Below are positions 60,501 through 64,000 of a DNA stretch of 64,000 nucleotides, one piece after another. The stretch is from positions 620,001 through 684,000 of the forward strand of contig NW_003314350.1 of the NCBI RefSeq assembly GCF_000143415.4, written 5' to 3'. A model generated the notes under the pieces. That model saw nothing but the letters and a program-made list of their open reading frames with translations. It did not search any database and was not told the origin of the DNA. Both the position numbers and the translations under genes were made by a program. Origin of the DNA: Selaginella moellendorffii. Its lineage: Eukaryota; Plantae; Lycopodiophyta. The first letter of the stretch is position 1. The number at the start of each line of letters is the position of its first letter.

Positions 60501-62330
60501 CATGGTATTCTGGAATTGGTCCAACACTCGCTGGATCACTAAAGGCACTTCTTCCGTTCTTGTCTTTTTGTCACTCTTCACCGAGAGTAAGCACAAAAAG
60601 GCTGCCTTAGTTCCTTTAGTGAGTTGTCCTCTCGTGGACACCAGGTTTAAGCAGGATTCTTTGGCCTTGCTTTGCCCTACCTTTAGATCCTGGGCCTCCA
60701 CCCTCGATCTTCTTCCTTGGGCATTCGCCAGTACCATAAGGTTCCTACCTTGTCCATGTAGGGCTACCACGAACCGATTGAACCAATCCATTCCGAAGAT
60801 CACGTCAAATCCCGCCATGTCCAACACGGTGAAATCCATGTCTACTTTCCATGTCCCTACTTCGACTTTCGCTTGTCGAAGTACCTCATCGGTGCTTTGG
60901 CTACCTTGAACAAACTCTATAGTCCTTGGTTCGCCTAGCCGCTGCACCGTTAGTCCGGCTTGCCGGACTATGTCTGCAGCCACAAAATTATCCGAAGCAC
61001 CTGTGTCAATAAGGATCTTAACAAAGCTACCTCCGAGCTTCCCTCGGAGGGCTAGTAGATGTCGCGAACGACTCTCTACCAAAGTTGCTCGTGTAATGAG
61101 TAACTTTGAGTTAGGGACTGGATCACATACCTCATTTTGGACTTCACCCGACTTGATGGCCATATTGGCTCTGGCCTTCTTCGGGTAGGGACATTCCCTC
61201 GAAAAGTGTCCCACTTCACCGCAGTTGTAGCATACGTTGTTTCCCACGCTGCTATACGACTTGACCTTCTTATCCGTGGGTTTGTCTCTTTTCGCTTGAC
61301 TCCCCCACGTACTTGCTCGCTGGCCACCGGATTTGCCTTTCCGGAACCCCGAGGACTCATTCTTAGAGAAACTCTTCTTGAATTTCCCCTTGCTATATGT
61401 TCCCCTTGGTTTGGCCCCTTTCCTAAATGTGGATCCCGACCCCGTCGTGTTCCCCTTTCGCAGGTTATCGTTAAAATGCACCTTGATGGCCGCATCCAAC
61501 GCTTCCTTGTAGTTGGTCGGGTTCTAGCGCATCACCTCACCGCGAGCCCAGGTTTGCAAACCTGATATGAAGGCATGGAACGCATCCATATCCCCTATGT
61601 CCATGACAAGTATCCTCTTTGCCATGAACCCATTCACATATTCCTGGATGGTTCCAGTCTGCTTCAGCCTACTCAGTTCATCCCTCAGATGCAGAGTGGC
61701 ATTCGGAGGAACATATGTTGCGCGGATCCTCGCCTTCATCATGTCCCAAGTGACCACCGGTCCTTCGTTGGCCTCCGTTGTTCTCCACCAAGACTTGGCA
61801 TTATCTGCTAAGTATGGTTTTGCACATGGGACCTTCTCCGAGCTTGGTAACCGCAACGCTCGGAAGTAGTCCTCCATATCATAAAACCAATCCTCCACCA
61901 CCTTATAGTCATTCACTCCCTTGAAGACCGGTGGGGGCTTTGGTTTGTACTTGGGAACTGCCTGAGGGACTGATTCCACTTCAGTCTGTTCGACCTTGTC
62001 TGGTTTTGCCTCAGTCCCTGCCGAAGGGTCCGCACCTTCTGCGCTGCCAGCATCCGCAGTCTTTCGCCTTTTCTTCCGCTTCTCGTCACGCTTTAGCTTG
62101 CATACGAGAGTCTCCAGCAGGGCATTGGTCTGCGCCAATTGACCTTCTAGAACGTCCAATCGAGCCTTGGACGACCGAACCTCGCCACCGGACTCCTGTT
62201 TGGAAGTTTCCTCACTGGAGTCCTCCTCATGCAAGGATTCCTCATCCATAGCCTCTTGTTCGACCGGAGGCTCCAGCTCTGGCGGAGGTTCCGTCTCCAC
62301 CTGGGTTCGCTTACGCCCTGCCCTTGCCAT
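57561..62330 (-). CDS. Gag-Pol (Gag, CCHC, protease, RT, RNase H, integrase, chromodomain) with two predicted introns and two nonsense codons
   Basis: [44 protein letters not shown]...[26 protein letters not shown] and chromodomain EYEVEAIL...FHVKWKGF...ATWEPEENL. In-frame TAG at 61524 and TGA at 57717. Confidence 0.9.
57943..57994 (-). other. Predicted 52-nt spliceosomal intron in the integrase C-terminal region
   Basis: AAG|GTAAAA...TTCCTTAAGCAG|GT, AT-rich. Removal gives [13 protein letters not shown]. Confidence 0.87.
58413..58459 (-). other. Predicted 47-nt spliceosomal intron in the integrase core
   Basis: G|GTAATG...CACTAAC...TTGACAG|AC. Removal gives [12 protein letters not shown]. 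The intron contains the stop of the long pol ORF. Confidence 0.85.
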
Positions 62331-63523
62331 CTCCCAGCAATCCGCCTCTATCCTTCGCTAGAACTGAGGAAAAGGCTCCGATACCAAATTGTAAGCCACA
62401 AATTTTTCCTTTCCAATTTGCCAGCTTACCTCGTCTATCCGTCCAACACTGCCTTGGCTTTTGTTAAGTTCCCTCGCCAAGGTTCTCGCCTATGGTACCA
62501 ACTCCTACTTGGTTTCAGCTACTCACTGCACGAGCAACGGGGTGTTAGCCATCCTTCCACGGATTCCCAAATCACTCCCAATCCCCCTCCCCGGGTTAGA
62601 CTGGACTTAAGGTTCGGCTACACTCCCCGCAAGCACAAGCAACCAAGCACACCAAGCTTCCAGGTTCCTAACATCCCTTGGTACCACAAGACTTGATCAT
62701 GGGACCCTCTAAATCCCAAGTCTTGAGTGCAACACTTGCTTCGGGATGCCGGGGCGAAACACCGTGGCCTAGCGGCCCGGTATGGGTACCTCTCGCCCCC
62801 CACTTCCATCCCGAAGGAAGGCCCAAGCCCCTAGGAAGGGCGAGGACCAATGAGCCGCATGGTACTCAAGTGGGGCACCACTCCACATGAGCCGGGAGCA
62901 CCGCAATCGGTTTCCCTTTCGGGAGTGGGAGCTGCTCTTGAGCACTTCCTTGGATGGCCCCTCCGGCACCAGCCAAGTCCATGCTCACTCCCACCCAAGG
63001 CCCCTCGGTCCCAGTCTCAACCTCAAGTCGGTTTGGAAGCCCAACTGGAGAGTCCCTTCAACTGGTTCCTGGACCTCACTATCCCTACTATACTTTTGGA
63101 ACCCCCTGCAGCCCCTCCCCCCTGGGGGACGCACGCTTTGGGCTTTCACCCCTTGACCCGTATTAGTATTTGGACTTAGTCTCTGGCTCGATCTCGGATC
63201 CGATTTCGGATCCGACTTCGGATTCGGTCTCGGACTCGATCGCGGACTCGATCTCGGACCCGATCTCGGGCCCGACCTCGGACTCGACTTTGGACTCGGT
63301 CTCGGACCCGATCTCGGATCTCGGACTCCGTCTCGAACTCGGACTCGAACTCGGTCCCCGAGTCGGTCTCAGACTTGATTCCGGACTCTATCTCGAACTC
63401 GGTCCTAGAGTCGGTCTTGGACTTGATCTTTGACTTGGTCCCATCCGATGAACTCTTTGTCATTTTGGTCATGCTTTCGGGGTTCCTTTAGCCTACGACA
63501 CCTCAGCGGGTTGGTTCTTTACA

Positions 63524-64000
63524 GTGCTATAGTTCTCTAGAATTTAAGAATGATTGATCACATGATCTAGTGTCAATCTTTTCCTCCATAATCAGATTTT
63601 ACACCTCCGGCTACATATTGACAAGCCACTGGAACTCCAGGTTCGATCACTTGTAGCCTTTGAGAAGCTTGTATGCCATCACTCCAAGCCCCCAAACATC
63701 CACTGCCTTTGTGTATGACAATCTCCTGTATCTCTCGATGAAGATATTCTCAGGAGCCATGTACTTCTTTGTCCCACAACACTAGCTCATCTCTCTTGGA
63801 TCGTCGGTTACCACTCCAAATCCACCAATCAGTGGTTCGTCTATGCTTGCATCTTGCAGCTTGGTGAAAACGTTCTCCAGCTTGAGGTCGCGATGGGCAA
63901 CACCCTTCGACTGAGTGTCTCGGCCAGCTTCTTCAGAATCTCGGCTACCTCCTTCTCGCTCAGTGGCCCTTTCATCGCTTGATCCCACAGGCTAGGGCCA
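63524..64000 (-). pseudogene. Ser/Thr kinase pseudogene B, copy 2, continuing beyond the window
   Basis: Nearly identical to about 36575-37050. Its 3' tail lies at about 55920-55998, on the other side of the gypsy insertion. Confidence 0.85.

Larger units (their letters stand above)
55999..63523 (-). mobile_element. Full-length Ty3/gypsy chromovirus LTR retrotransposon
   Basis: LTRs at 55999-57146 and 62390-63523 (TGTAAG...TTACA). TSD GTGCT at 55994-55998 and 63524-63528. PBS TGGTATCGGAGCC, PPT ATGGGTGGTGGAGT. Inserted in the 3' end of kinase pseudogene B. Confidence 0.97.

Noticed and set aside
61500-61530. In-frame TAG between the gag and pol ORFs as programmed readthrough
   Set aside because: It lies inside Gag, before the zinc knuckle ([13 protein letters not shown]). 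A CAG-to-TAG transition is the simpler explanation. The TGA at 57717 is likewise probably from CGA.
15057-64000. Helitron or Pack-MULE capture as the source of the gene fragments
   Set aside because: No element termini bound the module. The fragments keep a collinear order and include the adjacent RabGAP, which fits local tandem duplication followed by deletion.

Overview
Compact eukaryotic nuclear DNA from a land plant. Introns of about 45-65 nt, dense gene packing and PLS-class PPR genes suggest the lycophyte Selaginella (inference). The first 15 kb holds ordinary single-copy genes: NF-YA, ATR, XTH, GDP-L-galactose phosphorylase (VTC2-like) and a TBC/RabGAP. From about 15 kb onward the window is a rearranged tandem array of one multi-gene module: AT-rich secreted B-lectin gene, intronless Ser/Thr kinase, GT37 fucosyltransferase, PPR gene, D-cysteine desulfhydrase-like relic, IQM relic and RabGAP 3' fragment. 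Copies range from intact to broken and carry several transposons. The most notable observation is a recent, TSD-flanked, full-length Ty3/gypsy chromovirus (55999-63523). Its integrase is interrupted by two small canonical GT-AG introns (47 and 52 nt). Removing them restores the conserved HPQxDGQTE and KLxxRFxGPY motifs. Only spliced RNA could therefore encode a complete integrase with the catalytic Glu and chromodomain, while the genomic copy looks unspliced. The same element has a run of back-to-back hairpins in its 3' UTR. All coordinates were read by eye.
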